Virus record (IMG/VR): IMGVR_UViG_3300027565_000001
Length of the DNA: 64,000 bases
Source: a virus
Strand: one strand, 5' to 3'
Shown here piece by piece: positions 1 through 8,515 of this stretch. Under the pieces are notes generated by a model that saw nothing but the letters and a program-made list of their open reading frames with translations, was not told the DNA's origin and did no database searches. The stretch's first letter is position 1. Each line of letters starts with the position of its first letter. Made by a program: the position numbers and the translations under genes.

Positions 1-258
1 GACGGCGTCGGCGTGCAGTCCGCAGAAAGCTTCTTCGCCATCTTGAAGCGCGGCGTTTACGGCAGTTTCCACAGCATCTCGGAGCAACACTTGCAGAAGT
101 ATTGCGACGAGTTCGCGTTCCGTTGGAACAACCGTTCGTCGCTCGGCATCGAGGACACTGAACGCGCCAGCCGCATGGTCAAGGGCGCCGTTGGAAAGCG
201 CCTAACCTATCGAAGGATTAACGCAGCAACGGCGATCGCCGACGAAACATCCGACTAG
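1..258 (+). mobile_element. IS1595-family (ISXO2-like) transposase, C-terminal fragment running off the left window edge
   Basis: Frame open from nt 1. The translation ...ESFFAILKRGVYGSFHSISEQHLQKYCDEFAFRWNNR resembles the conserved C-terminal block of IS1595/ISXO2 DDE transposases (recalled family knowledge). Confidence 0.7.
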
Positions 259-668
259 GCGTCCTCTGCGGCGCCGTTGAATTGGGTCGCATCGGCGGCG
301 CTCTCAGTTCCCACGTATATCCAATGGTTATCTTCGCGCCGCACGTCTTTGGTCTTCTTGGCACGGTGGTGCAATGCGGCCCCGATGTGCTCTGTCGATT
401 TAATCTTCTTGTAGCCAATTGCCGTGAGCGCATCCACGATTTGACGGTTCGTCATCGGGATATCCTTTTGTCGCAGCATCCACGCCGCGGCATCGCCGGG
501 ACCGCTCGTTGCTAGCCCGCGCGGCGGCTTTGGCTTTGAGGCGCCCACGCCCAGCAGTGCCTCAATCTTGCCGATCATGGCGGCGGCTGTCGCGTGCTTA
601 GCACGCTGTTCCTTCAATTCTTTCAACAAGGCAGCCGTCGTCGCTGCCGAAAGCGCATCATTCGACAT
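255..668 (-). CDS. hypothetical protein (137 aa)
   Basis: Uninterrupted ORF with GC-rich third positions. No family recognised. Confidence 0.55.
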   Translation of the reverse strand: MSNDALSAATTAALLKELKEQRAKHATAAAMIGKIEALLGVGASKPKPPRGLATSGPGDAAAWMLRQKDIPMTNRQIVDALTAIGYKKIKSTEHIGAALHHRAKKTKDVRREDNHWIYVGTESAADATQFNGAAEDA

Positions 669-855
669 GGCGCAAGTCCACGGATTGTGCTAGAGAGGGG
701 CAAATCAGGCCCCTCTGCCGCATGCGCCAGCAGAGGGGGTAGGTCAAGCCCTTACGGGCTCGTCTACCTGACGGTCATCTTCTTCGCGACCTCCTCTTGA
801 CTGTTGCAGGTGAAGGGTGGACGCAAGACTAGCGGCCCCGTAAGGGATCGCCAGA

Positions 856-891
856 GGCGGTAGGGCGGTAACCCTGCCGCCTTTGTCTTTT
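856..891 (+). terminator. intrinsic-terminator-like hairpin plus T-tract
   Basis: GGCGGTAGGG-cggtaa-CCCTGCCGCC (10 bp, one G.U pair) followed by TTTGTCTTTT. No convincing + strand gene lies upstream, so it may end an unannotated small RNA. Confidence 0.55.
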
Positions 892-910
892 GCACCCGTA
901 TTCGAGTGTT

Positions 911-984
911 GTCTAGGGGGTGTCTAGGTTCGCTCTATGCCATCAGGGGGCAAGATGCCAAAGTCGTCTAGGAGATCGTCTAGG
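911..984 (+). repeat. four direct copies of GTCTAGG (starting at 911, 922, 966, 978)
   Basis: TGTCTAGG twice spaced 11 bp and CGTCTAGG twice spaced 12 bp, read directly from the sequence. Iteron/operator-like arrangement. Confidence 0.8.
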
Positions 985-1124
985 GTAGAAGACAGGATTG
1001 AGGTAGAGCCCGGCGCCGAGAAGCGGCTGGCCAACATTCTCAAGAAGGCATTGCACACGCCGCCGCGGCATGTGCCCGACAAGCGCACGGCAAAGGCCAA
1101 AGGGAAGGGACACGGCGAACGATC

Positions 1125-1700
1125 TTAATATGGCAGCCGGTCAGGGAGGACCTGGCAGCCTAAGACTTTGCTCGCCGTGACATCGAATGCGTCAACGCAA
1201 TCCACAAAGCATTGCGGCTCTGTGCGTCCACAACGGCTTTTGCACTGCGCATATTCAGTAGATGCGAAGATTGGTTTGCTATCTTCCGCGTCTTTTTTCC
1301 CGTAGTTCTGGATCTTCTTAATGAGCATCGCAATCGTCATATTGTCTTGGTTGGAAGACATGATAAGGCGGGCTAGCTCACCCTTGATATAGCGATCATA
1401 TCTGGTTAGCCGTTGACCTGAATTTTTGTCGTCGGGCTGCATCGACACGAGCACACCCAGAACTCCCATGCAATACGCCGCTCGCTGAGTTGTCGAGGAC
1501 AGAGGCGATGCGGCCTCTGGTTGTGTCTCAGAGCCAAGTGCACCGCTACAGCCGAATTGCGGGCATACTGGTTGGATGTCGGTGGCACTCTTGCAAATCG
1601 CCTTCATCTTTCCATCAACGCAGAGGCACGCACACTGCGCTGTTGCGGAAGAAGACAACGCCACGGACGCGATGGCTAGTGCCACAAACACTGAACGCAT
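1125..1700 (-). CDS. secreted Cys-rich protein (191 aa)
   Basis: N-terminal signal peptide MRSVFVALAIASVALSSSATA/Q. The mature part has 12 Cys. No family recognised. Confidence 0.65.
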   Translation of the reverse strand: MRSVFVALAIASVALSSSATAQCACLCVDGKMKAICKSATDIQPVCPQFGCSGALGSETQPEAASPLSSTTQRAAYCMGVLGVLVSMQPDDKNSGQRLTRYDRYIKGELARLIMSSNQDNMTIAMLIKKIQNYGKKDAEDSKPIFASTEYAQCKSRCGRTEPQCFVDCVDAFDVTASKVLGCQVLPDRLPY

Positions 1701-1764
1701 TGCAGTTCTCCCCCGTACCGCAATCTGTGATAGACTACGCTTGCGACGCGTGGGTAGCCAAGCG

Positions 1765-2154
1765 CTAAGGTTGAGTGCGCAGCCATTGGCTCATGGCGTT
1801 CACGCACTGCTCAGCGTCTCGCTTGGAGAAGCGCAATGGAATTGTCACCACCCTGTTCTGATCCGGCAGATCAGCGAGCGCTGTCAGGCGAAAATGGTCA
1901 GCGCGCGGACCGAACTGCAGACCTGTCACGGAGATCGTCGTCCCCGGTCGCAGCGAATCCAGGTTTATGGGAACGCCGCTCCCTGGTTCGATTTGTCCCT
2001 GCAGTTCGGCGCACACTTGAGGTAATTGGCTCTTGTCAAGAATTACCACCCGACGCTCATCGGTGTCTCGGGACCACACTAGACGTACTTCTGTAGATCC
2101 CTGTTCGGGGGCTCGGACTTCCAACTGATCCGGCCTAAATTCAACATCAGCCAT
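1765..2154 (-). CDS. hypothetical protein (129 aa)
   Basis: ATG at 2154 (MADVEF...) has GGAGGTG 4 nt upstream. The 12 extra codons of the track ORF have no RBS. Confidence 0.65.
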   Translation of the reverse strand: MADVEFRPDQLEVRAPEQGSTEVRLVWSRDTDERRVVILDKSQLPQVCAELQGQIEPGSGVPINLDSLRPGTTISVTGLQFGPRADHFRLTALADLPDQNRVVTIPLRFSKRDAEQCVNAMSQWLRTQP

Positions 2155-2242
2155 GACGCACCTCCACTCTTGAGGACGCCAACGTAGCACTCACCCTAGT
2201 TTAGTCAACGGCATACGTCCCGAAATAGTCGAGGGAGCACCC

Positions 2243-2566
2243 ATGCAGTTCACGCCGCCTACCGGCAACATCTGCTTCAAGTGGCGCGGCGGCGATGCGA
2301 TGATTCTATGCGCTAACGGAACGATATGGTTTTGCCCCGAGATCGACCAAGCCAAAGCTGGACGTGAACTCGTCGAGAGCATGAGGCGGCATTGGTCGGC
2401 AATGGACCGTGAGAAGGCCAAGCGTATCGCCGATCTTGAGGGAATGGTACGCGACAAGGACGACATGCTGCAGGATATCGCCAGCGCCGCAGGGATCGAG
2501 ATCGGCCAGCAGTTCAGCGCGGCAGAGGTCATCCGGCGGTTGCGATCTTCTCCAGTTCCTTCTTGA
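2243..2566 (+). CDS. hypothetical protein (107 aa)
   Basis: GAGGGAG lies upstream of the ATG. The 3' end overlaps the convergent recT gene by 38 nt. Confidence 0.55.
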   Translation: MQFTPPTGNICFKWRGGDAMILCANGTIWFCPEIDQAKAGRELVESMRRHWSAMDREKAKRIADLEGMVRDKDDMLQDIASAAGIEIGQQFSAAEVIRRLRSSPVPS

Positions 2567-3539
2567 GGGCGAGGGCTGCGTCCTTCTCAAGCGCCCAGAA
2601 CTCCTGCAGTCCCAAACGATTACGTTCCCGCCATTTGAGCACCTCTCCCGCTTCTTCCTCGCCGGGTTTCATGTGCGCCTTGATGAAGGCCATGGCTTGG
2701 TCGTAGAACTTGCCTGCGGGCACGCGCTGCAAGGCTTCGCCGTCAAGCCAGTCGATCATGATGGCCTTGGCAGCACCGATCCGATCCAAACGCTCCTCGC
2801 GTTCCGCCTCGCTGATGATCTCGGTCGCGGTCAGATCGATGGTGTGGGCCTGGTCCAGCTCTCCTTCGGCGTAAGAACCCGAGGTTTCATTGGGCCAGCC
2901 CTTACGGATGGCGTCGGCCTCGGTGCATTTGGCCAGCATGGTCTCGGGCATGCTGCGCCAGTTCTTCTTGGTCGGATCGAGCTTGGATACGACTTCTCCA
3001 ACAGGAACGCGCTTCATCCGCGGCTTGCCAGCACGCTTGTGGCCTTCGGGCCAGACCTGGGGTGGATCGTAGGGCTCCCATTTGAACCCGTCCTCGCCGT
3101 CCTGAATGATCGGCGCCCGCTCATTCCACTTGAGCTTGGAGGTGATGGGGAACCATTCCCCGTGCGCGTGACGATAGACCGTGACCTCGCAGTCGAGAAT
3201 ACCCTTGGGGTTCGCCTCGCTGATCAGGGCATCATCGTAGGTGAAGCGCGGGGGCCTATCATCGGGGCGGTAGTTACCCGAACGCGCCGCTATCTTGCGA
3301 TAGAGCCCAATGCCAAGCACCGGAACAACGCGACGCTTCTCTTGGTCATGAGCGTCAAAAATAAAGAAGTAGATATCCTTAACAAAGGGGTTGGCCCCGT
3401 AAAGTTCGCAATACTCCACGGCGATGTCCAGCTCACTGGGGAGCAGATCTTTCCCGACCGTCTTCTTGAATAAGGCCAATCGGCGTGGATCTTGGCGAAC
3501 CAGCGCACCCGTCTTTCGCATGGGGATGATGTTGGGCAT
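2529..3539 (-). CDS. recT: RecT/Red-beta family single-strand annealing recombinase
   Basis: DIAVEYCELYGANPFVKDIYFFIF...VPVLGIGLYRKIAARSG and MLAKCTEADAIRKGWP blocks are typical of phage RecT. ATG at 3539 has GAGGA 5 nt upstream. Confidence 0.85.
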   Translation of the reverse strand: MPNIIPMRKTGALVRQDPRRLALFKKTVGKDLLPSELDIAVEYCELYGANPFVKDIYFFIFDAHDQEKRRVVPVLGIGLYRKIAARSGNYRPDDRPPRFTYDDALISEANPKGILDCEVTVYRHAHGEWFPITSKLKWNERAPIIQDGEDGFKWEPYDPPQVWPEGHKRAGKPRMKRVPVGEVVSKLDPTKKNWRSMPETMLAKCTEADAIRKGWPNETSGSYAEGELDQAHTIDLTATEIISEAEREERLDRIGAAKAIMIDWLDGEALQRVPAGKFYDQAMAFIKAHMKPGEEEAGEVLKWRERNRLGLQEFWALEKDAALALKKELEKIATAG

Positions 3540-3547
3540 GGCTATCC

Positions 3548-4060
3548 TCACGTCATGGTCAGTTGCACGGTTATGCCGCCGTTGCCGAGCGTCGCACCGG
3601 GGACGATCTCCTTGGCCTTCAGCGCCTCGGTGAGGAGTTTCTTGTCCAGCTTCGGATCCTGAGCCTTCCAGAATCTTGAAGGAATAGCGGCTTCGTCGGT
3701 TATCTCGACCTTGGGCGGAACTGCCTTGAGCACGATGGTGCCTGCGGCGGTTTCGATCCGTTTACGCTCGCTCAGTTCCATCGCCACCGCAAGGGATGTG
3801 CGCAGGTTTTCCTTCTGCTTTGACAAGCGGGAGACGCGGGCCTTGAGGTTCTCCAGCATGGAGTCGAGCCCGGCTTCCATTGCCTCGATCTCGGCAACCC
3901 GCATGATCCCCCGTTCGATGGCCTCCAGTAGTTCGGTTTGGCCCTCAACCGCATCGGCGCGCGCCTCAACATCATCCCCGAGAATGTCGCGAAAGTCGGC
4001 CAGCAAAACGCGAGCGGCTTCGATCTCCTGATGCAGGGCGTGGCTCGTATTGGTGCTCAT
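3548..4060 (-). CDS. Siphovirus Gp157-family protein
   Basis: 170-aa coiled-coil protein with C-terminal ...IPSRFWKAQDPKLDKKLLTEALKAKEIVPGATL typical of the Gp157 family. It sits directly upstream of recT, as is usual. Confidence 0.8.
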   Translation of the reverse strand: MSTNTSHALHQEIEAARVLLADFRDILGDDVEARADAVEGQTELLEAIERGIMRVAEIEAMEAGLDSMLENLKARVSRLSKQKENLRTSLAVAMELSERKRIETAAGTIVLKAVPPKVEITDEAAIPSRFWKAQDPKLDKKLLTEALKAKEIVPGATLGNGGITVQLTMT

Positions 4061-4224
4061 TGCTTCGTCTCGCTCTCAATCTGCCTGATCCGCTCCAACA
4101 GGTACTCCGCCTCAAGCTTTCGCCATTTCGCTAACTCGGCATAATGCGATTTTGAATTGCGCGCCATCTCCTCTGCATGGAACGCTATGCGGGTCTTGAG
4201 GAGGGCGATGATGCGGTCGATCAT
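4057..4224 (-). CDS. hypothetical small protein (55 aa)
   Basis: MIDRIIALLKTRIAFHAEEMARNSKSHYAELAKWRK.... The ATG overlaps the upstream stop (ATGA). The rest of the 101-aa track ORF is Arg/Gly-rich and non-protein-like. Confidence 0.5.
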   Translation of the reverse strand: MIDRIIALLKTRIAFHAEEMARNSKSHYAELAKWRKLEAEYLLERIRQIESETKQ

Positions 4225-4505
4225 GCTGTACTCTGGTGCCTCAACCTGCGCATCGGCGATGGAACAACGCCGCCCTTCTGCGCCAGTGCGTCCAACTCTC
4301 GCACTATGTCCGGTGCGAGATCCGTGAAACTCAAGATATTGGCGAGACGCGAGGCGTCCCACGGCGTCCTATCCCGCCTAAACCCGTCGATCTCAAGCTG
4401 TATCCCGCGGCGTAATTTCCCGAGGTTTGCCGCCTCTGCCCGGTCGCATAAGGCGTTGACGGTGTCGGCGGGAAGAGGGACTAAATGGGGTATGTCCGTG
4501 TCCAT
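4221..4505 (-). CDS. hypothetical protein (94 aa)
   Basis: GAAAGG lies 8 nt upstream of the ATG. Composition is protein-like. Confidence 0.6.
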   Translation of the reverse strand: MDTDIPHLVPLPADTVNALCDRAEAANLGKLRRGIQLEIDGFRRDRTPWDASRLANILSFTDLAPDIVRELDALAQKGGVVPSPMRRLRHQSTA

Positions 4506-4650
4506 TGACTAGCCTTTCCGCGAAACATGCCTCCAATAACCTGCGGGCCATCTCGGTGCGCGTCGGTATATCCAATTCCTCGCGGCGCACGTCGTCCAGC
4601 CTCTTGAGGAACGCGGCGTCGCATCTGGAAGAATTTGTCGCGCATGAGGT

Positions 4651-4908
4651 TCACGTTACCCGTTGGATCACTCTGTCGGCGCGGCTTGTGCCGATCTCTA
4701 TTATCGAGAATTTTGCCGTGTCAACGGATACTCGGCCCCCGCCATAGAGGGCGATAGGCATAGGTCCTCGATTGCCGTTCTGATGTGTGCGGAATAGTGC
4801 CTCCGCGCTCTCTTGCTCCACATGCGGATATGTGATGCGCGTCCAACTGCCCTCACGCAACGTAATGCTTGTGAAACCTGCATGTTTCTGTGCCCAAGAA
4901 AATCGCAT
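4651..4908 (-). CDS. hypothetical protein (85 aa)
   Basis: Internal ATG (MRFSWAQKHAGF...) is preceded by GAGGAAGAGG. The upstream part of the 154-aa track ORF is Arg/Gly-rich. Confidence 0.5.
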   Translation of the reverse strand: MRFSWAQKHAGFTSITLREGSWTRITYPHVEQESAEALFRTHQNGNRGPMPIALYGGGRVSVDTAKFSIIEIGTSRADRVIQRVT

Positions 4909-5143
4909 TGGCCTCTTCCTCATCCGATTGGGTGATCGCAACGCATAACGACGCGACGTGCGGTCTCCAAATAGATGGGCCAGCGAGCCCCCAAGCCCTG
5001 CGGCATCTGCGCGACCTACCCCGAAAGTGCGCCCCGCTTCAAACTCGTCAACTCGCTGGCCCTCGGCACATCGCTTCGCACGCTCAGCCCCGCAAGGTCC
5101 CCTCAATGACCCCATCGCGCGAAACGCCCCGCTGCCGAACCTA

Positions 5144-5350
5144 TTAGGCTATCTTGAGCAGCTTCCTGGAGACCGCATAATCGGTTTCCCACACATTGAA
5201 TCGATCCGACCATGTGAGCGTCGCTACCGTGCAGTCGTCCTTGTGTAGCCACACGCCTTTGCCGTGCTTGGGGCTGGGGTGATATCCCTCTCCCCGCAAA
5301 CGCTGGCGCGCTTCATGCAGGCGTTGATTTTTGTTGGCAGCGTCGATCAT
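5144..5350 (-). CDS. hypothetical protein (68 aa)
   Basis: Compact ORF whose start overlaps the stop of the upstream gene by 1 nt. Confidence 0.55.
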   Translation of the reverse strand: MIDAANKNQRLHEARQRLRGEGYHPSPKHGKGVWLHKDDCTVATLTWSDRFNVWETDYAVSRKLLKIA

Positions 5351-5817
5351 TATCTGGTGCTTCCCTTCTGCGCCGCAGCGATGGCGCGATTGGTGATAAC
5401 GATGGAGTATGCTTGCCCGCGCGTTGCCGCGGCATATAGGGAATCACCGAGCGCATACGGATCTTGATAGCCGTGGTCGCGGAAGAACTTCAACTCACCG
5501 TGCGAACTGCGGGCGTGCGCGGCATTATGGTGCTCGCGGCACAGCGGCAGGGCATGGCGATCCCGGCTTTTAAGATATACTCCCCGCTCCCTGGCGCACG
5601 GCCCCGCAAGCAGATGGTGCGGATCAACGCGTCTGGCGGTGCATCCCGGTATTATGCAGGGCAGCGTCCTGATCATCGCCAGGTGCGCGTCGGAATTGCC
5701 TGGCAACTGCTTGCGCCACTTCGGTTTGGCGCGGTCGCGCACCATCCGCTCCAGCCGCGAGGGACGAAAGTCGCCATACACGTGCGGCGGCCGGATTTCT
5801 TGAGGACGCTCGGCCAT
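5350..5817 (-). CDS. Cys/His-box (HNH/DUF968-like) nuclease-related protein
   Basis: The motif string LPCIIPGC...DPHHL...LPLCREHHNAAH resembles the zinc/HNH boxes of prophage DUF968/Ref-type proteins. Family assignment is tentative. Confidence 0.6.
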   Translation of the reverse strand: MAERPQEIRPPHVYGDFRPSRLERMVRDRAKPKWRKQLPGNSDAHLAMIRTLPCIIPGCTARRVDPHHLLAGPCARERGVYLKSRDRHALPLCREHHNAAHARSSHGELKFFRDHGYQDPYALGDSLYAAATRGQAYSIVITNRAIAAAQKGSTR

Positions 5818-5820
5818 GAC

Positions 5821-6141
5821 TCAGACCTTGCTGCTCTGCAGCAGCGCCGCCGCATCCCACGCGGTTTTGATGCGCTCGATCAGCTTGGGCACATCGGCGC
5901 AGCAAACGCGTATCCATCCCCCATTGGCCTTCAGGGTTATCATGATCTGGTCCGGGTAGGCGCCGATCTCGACTAGGGCGTCCAAATCGCCCGTGATTAT
6001 GGTATTAGCCACGCTGATCTGGAGTGTCTGCGGTAGCGGCTGTTGTGGTGGTGGTGCGGGCTGTGCCGCCGCCGGGATGGGCGGCGTTTCGGGCGTTGTC
6101 GAAGGCGTGCCTTCGGCTGGCTTCTCGGGTATGTCGGTCAT
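5821..6141 (-). CDS. hypothetical protein with Pro-rich N-terminus (106 aa)
   Basis: ORF in the operon with a 3-nt spacer to the next gene. No family recognised. Confidence 0.6.
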   Translation of the reverse strand: MTDIPEKPAEGTPSTTPETPPIPAAAQPAPPPQQPLPQTLQISVANTIITGDLDALVEIGAYPDQIMITLKANGGWIRVCCADVPKLIERIKTAWDAAALLQSSKV

Positions 6142-6163
6142 TGGTGGATACTCCGCTACTTAC

Positions 6164-6340
6164 TCAGTGCATGACGCTATCGCCGCGCAGCATGGCCGCG
6201 AACTTCTCCTGCATGGCAGGATGGTTAAGCTCGTCCTGCAGCCGCTTCCCCGCCTCGCGGAATACCTCTTTGCGCTGCTCGGTAGACATCTCGGAGACCA
6301 TCATTGGTCTGCCGTCAGGAAGCTTCGGCCAGGGCTTCAT
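6164..6340 (-). CDS. small protein (58 aa), first gene of the leftward early operon
   Basis: Below the 60-aa track cut-off. Hand translation MKPWPKLPDGRPMMVSEMSTEQRKEVFREAGKRLQDELNHPAMQEKFAAMLRGDSVMH. GGGAG lies 7 nt upstream. Confidence 0.45.
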   Translation of the reverse strand: MKPWPKLPDGRPMMVSEMSTEQRKEVFREAGKRLQDELNHPAMQEKFAAMLRGDSVMH

Positions 6341-6566
6341 GGATTATCTCCCGCAAGGAGGAAAGATCGCCGGAACACCTTGCTCGCCCTCTAAGGTGTG
6401 GGGACACGAAGTTGACCGCATCAGTGCCCCGGCGGAGAGTTAACAGAAGCGTCAGCTTTACTGCGGATCAACCCGCAGCGAGGGGACCATGGGGCAACTG
6501 CCCAATGAATGTCAAACAAAATCTTGGGCATTGTCCCCAGCTTCCGCACATGGTGGGCGTAGGCCG

Positions 6567-6596
6567 TTGACGAACGGGGCGAAATCCCCTTATGAT
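6567..6596 (+). promoter_or_regulatory. sigma70-like promoter giving a leaderless mRNA for the 6604 gene
   Basis: TTGACG (6567-6572), 18-nt spacer, TATGAT (6591-6596). The ATG at 6604 is 7 nt after the -10 box. The track start at 6592 lies inside the -10 box. Confidence 0.5.
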
Positions 6597-6603
6597 CGGC
6601 GTC

Positions 6604-6843
6604 ATGACCGAAACTAAGACTTTGCTGCAGGAGATCGAGGATTATCTTCGGGCAGGCGGAATGCGTGCTTCGACGTTCGGCCACAAGACCGCCAATGACG
6701 GCAAGCTCGTCGATCGTTTGCGCAGCGGCAAGACCGTGACGCTTGATACCGCAGAGCGCATACGGCGCTATATTCTCGATAACCCGGCGAAGAAGAAGGG
6801 GCCTCGCAGGCAGAACCCTAGCGAAGCCTTGGCAGCAGCGTAA
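6604..6843 (+). CDS. small early protein (79 aa), possible regulator
   Basis: MTETKTLLQEIEDYLRAGGMRASTFGHKTANDGKLVDRLRSGKTVTLDTAERIRRYI.... First gene of the rightward operon. Function not recognised. Confidence 0.65.
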   Translation: MTETKTLLQEIEDYLRAGGMRASTFGHKTANDGKLVDRLRSGKTVTLDTAERIRRYILDNPAKKKGPRRQNPSEALAAA

Positions 6844-6856
6844 AGCATCGAGTCAC

Positions 6857-6880
6857 CCGGCATGGTTGCCCACATGCCGG
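6857..6880 (+). terminator. hairpin downstream of the 6604 gene
   Basis: CCGGCATG-gttgccca-CATGCCGG lies 13 nt after the stop. There is no T-tract. Confidence 0.35.
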
Positions 6881-7333
6881 AATGGGGGGTGGGGAAACGG
6901 GGAGGCCCAACGGCAGCCCCGCCACTGCCACCAAGGGGGTTGGGCGCGGAGTTATCAGTAGCGTAGGGCGTACCGCGAAGGTAGCGGTGAGCGAGATGGC
7001 GTCGCCGTCACGGGCGACGGGTGGCCCAGTCCATCAGCTGGGCTCCCGGCCAAACATCTCGCTCTCCCCTGCCTTCGGGCATAAGGGTTGTAGGCATGGC
7101 GTTGGGTTTCCAGGGGGCTCTGTGCGCGACGGCCTCCGCATGTAGTGTCCGATGCGCTGACATGGTGTGGCGCTTGAGCTGTGCTTGGCGCCCCGGTTGC
7201 GTTAACTCTTGCCGACGCCGGCCGAGCAGGTAGCCTGTCCAGTTTGAACGCTCGGTCTTCATGTAACCTGAGAATCGGACGCGAGTCGCGGGCGTTGTAG
7301 TTGCTTAATAGTGCGTTGCTTTCCTTAGTATTT

Positions 7334-7361
7334 GTGTGCCGCCGCATGACGCGGCGAGGCG
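7334..7361 (-). repeat. GC-hairpin repeat, copy A
   Basis: gtgtgccgccgc-atgac-gcggcgaggcg, 29 nt upstream of the ATG at 7391. Confidence 0.85.
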
Positions 7362-7390
7362 CGCATTAACACGGGAACGGGGGTGAAAGC

Positions 7391-7816
7391 ATGGCATATA
7401 ATGGCGACGTGAACGCGATACTCAGTGCCCACATACGAGATTATTTCGCCAAGCGCTATGACGAGCAGATATACAAGGAACTGATGAAGCCAGCTTTGAC
7501 GTGCACCGCGGCAGTGGACTGGGGATCGCAAGGGAACATAACCCAGCAGATGTATACGGTGCCACAGATGTTCACGTTTGGCGCGCCATGGGTCGCAGCG
7601 CAGAAGCCGCGACAGCCTTCGCGAATAGGCTACGAAGGCTCCGGCCCGCAGAGCTTTGATACAGCCAGCCAATCCGACATCGCCAGCGCCGTCAAGATAC
7701 TCAGCGACAAGACCAGAGCAGCAGCGAAGCGCGGGGCGATCATGGCCGAGGCCGTGGGGGCAATGCAGACGGCATGGCGGTCGAATGGACGACCGCACTG
7801 TTTTGACATCGATTGA
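7391..7816 (+). CDS. hypothetical protein (141 aa)
   Basis: GGGGGTG lies 5 nt upstream of the ATG. GC looks lower than in the neighbouring genes. No family recognised. Confidence 0.6.
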   Translation: MAYNGDVNAILSAHIRDYFAKRYDEQIYKELMKPALTCTAAVDWGSQGNITQQMYTVPQMFTFGAPWVAAQKPRQPSRIGYEGSGPQSFDTASQSDIASAVKILSDKTRAAAKRGAIMAEAVGAMQTAWRSNGRPHCFDID

Positions 7817-7822
7817 CGTGCC

Positions 7823-8494
7823 GTGCCGCCCTCCGAAACAGCCGCCGTCAACTTCGCCAGTTCGACCAGCTCGGGCTGGAATGACGAACGAGAGGACATT
7901 CTCAAGAAGCTCTGGTCCGATGGCTTGAGCGCCTCCCAGATCGCCGGCCGGCTCGGCGGCGTCACCCGCAATGCCGTGATGGGCAAGGTGCATCGCTTGG
8001 GGCTCTCGGGGCGCGCAACCACGAACCGCATGGCGTCCCAGCGGCGCGTGCGCTCCTACCGCAGGCGCCGCATACGCCAGGGCATTGACTATCACCCTTG
8101 GCAACTGACACTCCCGCTCGACGAGCCCCAGTCACGCAACGACGACAACATCCTCCCATTCCCCAAGCAACCGTTTATCGACCGCATGGCGGAGGTCAAG
8201 GCCCCAGCTTCATTGAGAATGACCATCCTGGTCGAGAAGGATGGGGTGATGGTTGCCAACGACGAGTTCACGTCCAGAAACTGCAAATGGTCCACGGGGC
8301 GTGATCAGCGCGGGTTTCATGAATTTTGCGGCACGGATACGATTCCTGGAACGTCCTATTGCTACGCGCACCTCAAGGCATCACGCGACCCGCTGCCCCC
8401 ACGTCCCATATCGCTGCCGGGATTGATTTCTGGTACACTTCCCCGCGCCGCGCTCACGTATGGGCGTATTCTTGATCCCGAAGCGGCGGCCTGA
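7823..8494 (+). CDS. gcrA: GcrA-family cell-cycle regulator homologue
   Basis: WNDEREDILKKLWSDGLSASQIAGRLGGVTRNAVMGKVHRLGLSGR and C-terminal CKWSTG...FCG...YCYAH match the two conserved GcrA modules. Confidence 0.85.
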   Translation: MPPSETAAVNFASSTSSGWNDEREDILKKLWSDGLSASQIAGRLGGVTRNAVMGKVHRLGLSGRATTNRMASQRRVRSYRRRRIRQGIDYHPWQLTLPLDEPQSRNDDNILPFPKQPFIDRMAEVKAPASLRMTILVEKDGVMVANDEFTSRNCKWSTGRDQRGFHEFCGTDTIPGTSYCYAHLKASRDPLPPRPISLPGLISGTLPRAALTYGRILDPEAAA

Positions 8495-8515
8495 TCTGAT
8501 CGCACGGGGATACGC

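Noticed and set aside
826-835. AGACTAGCGG at 826-835 is repeated at 30350-30359; considered as attL/attR-type core or element boundaries.
   Set aside because: A single 10-nt match in 64 kb is close to chance expectation. No integrase is nearby, and genes on both sides of 30350 belong to the same phage (early/moron genes on one side, lysis/virion genes on the other).
937-1128. 63-aa basic ORF (MPSGGKMPKSSRRSSRVEDR...).
   Set aside because: Its 5' part is just the translation of the GTCTAGG direct repeats (SSRRSSRV), and there is no convincing RBS. It was left unannotated, although a small basic protein cannot be excluded.
7325-8104. Long ORFs antisense to, or out of frame with, confident genes. 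Examples are 7325..8104(-), 2409..3473(+), 20856..21542(-), 61675..62577(-), 62559..63398(+), 44394..45221(+), 52936..53844(+) and 46598..47632(+).
   Set aside because: These are typical high-GC shadow ORFs. Their translations are Arg/Gly/Pro/His-rich and they lack RBSs. Each overlaps a gene with clear homology or better codon bias.
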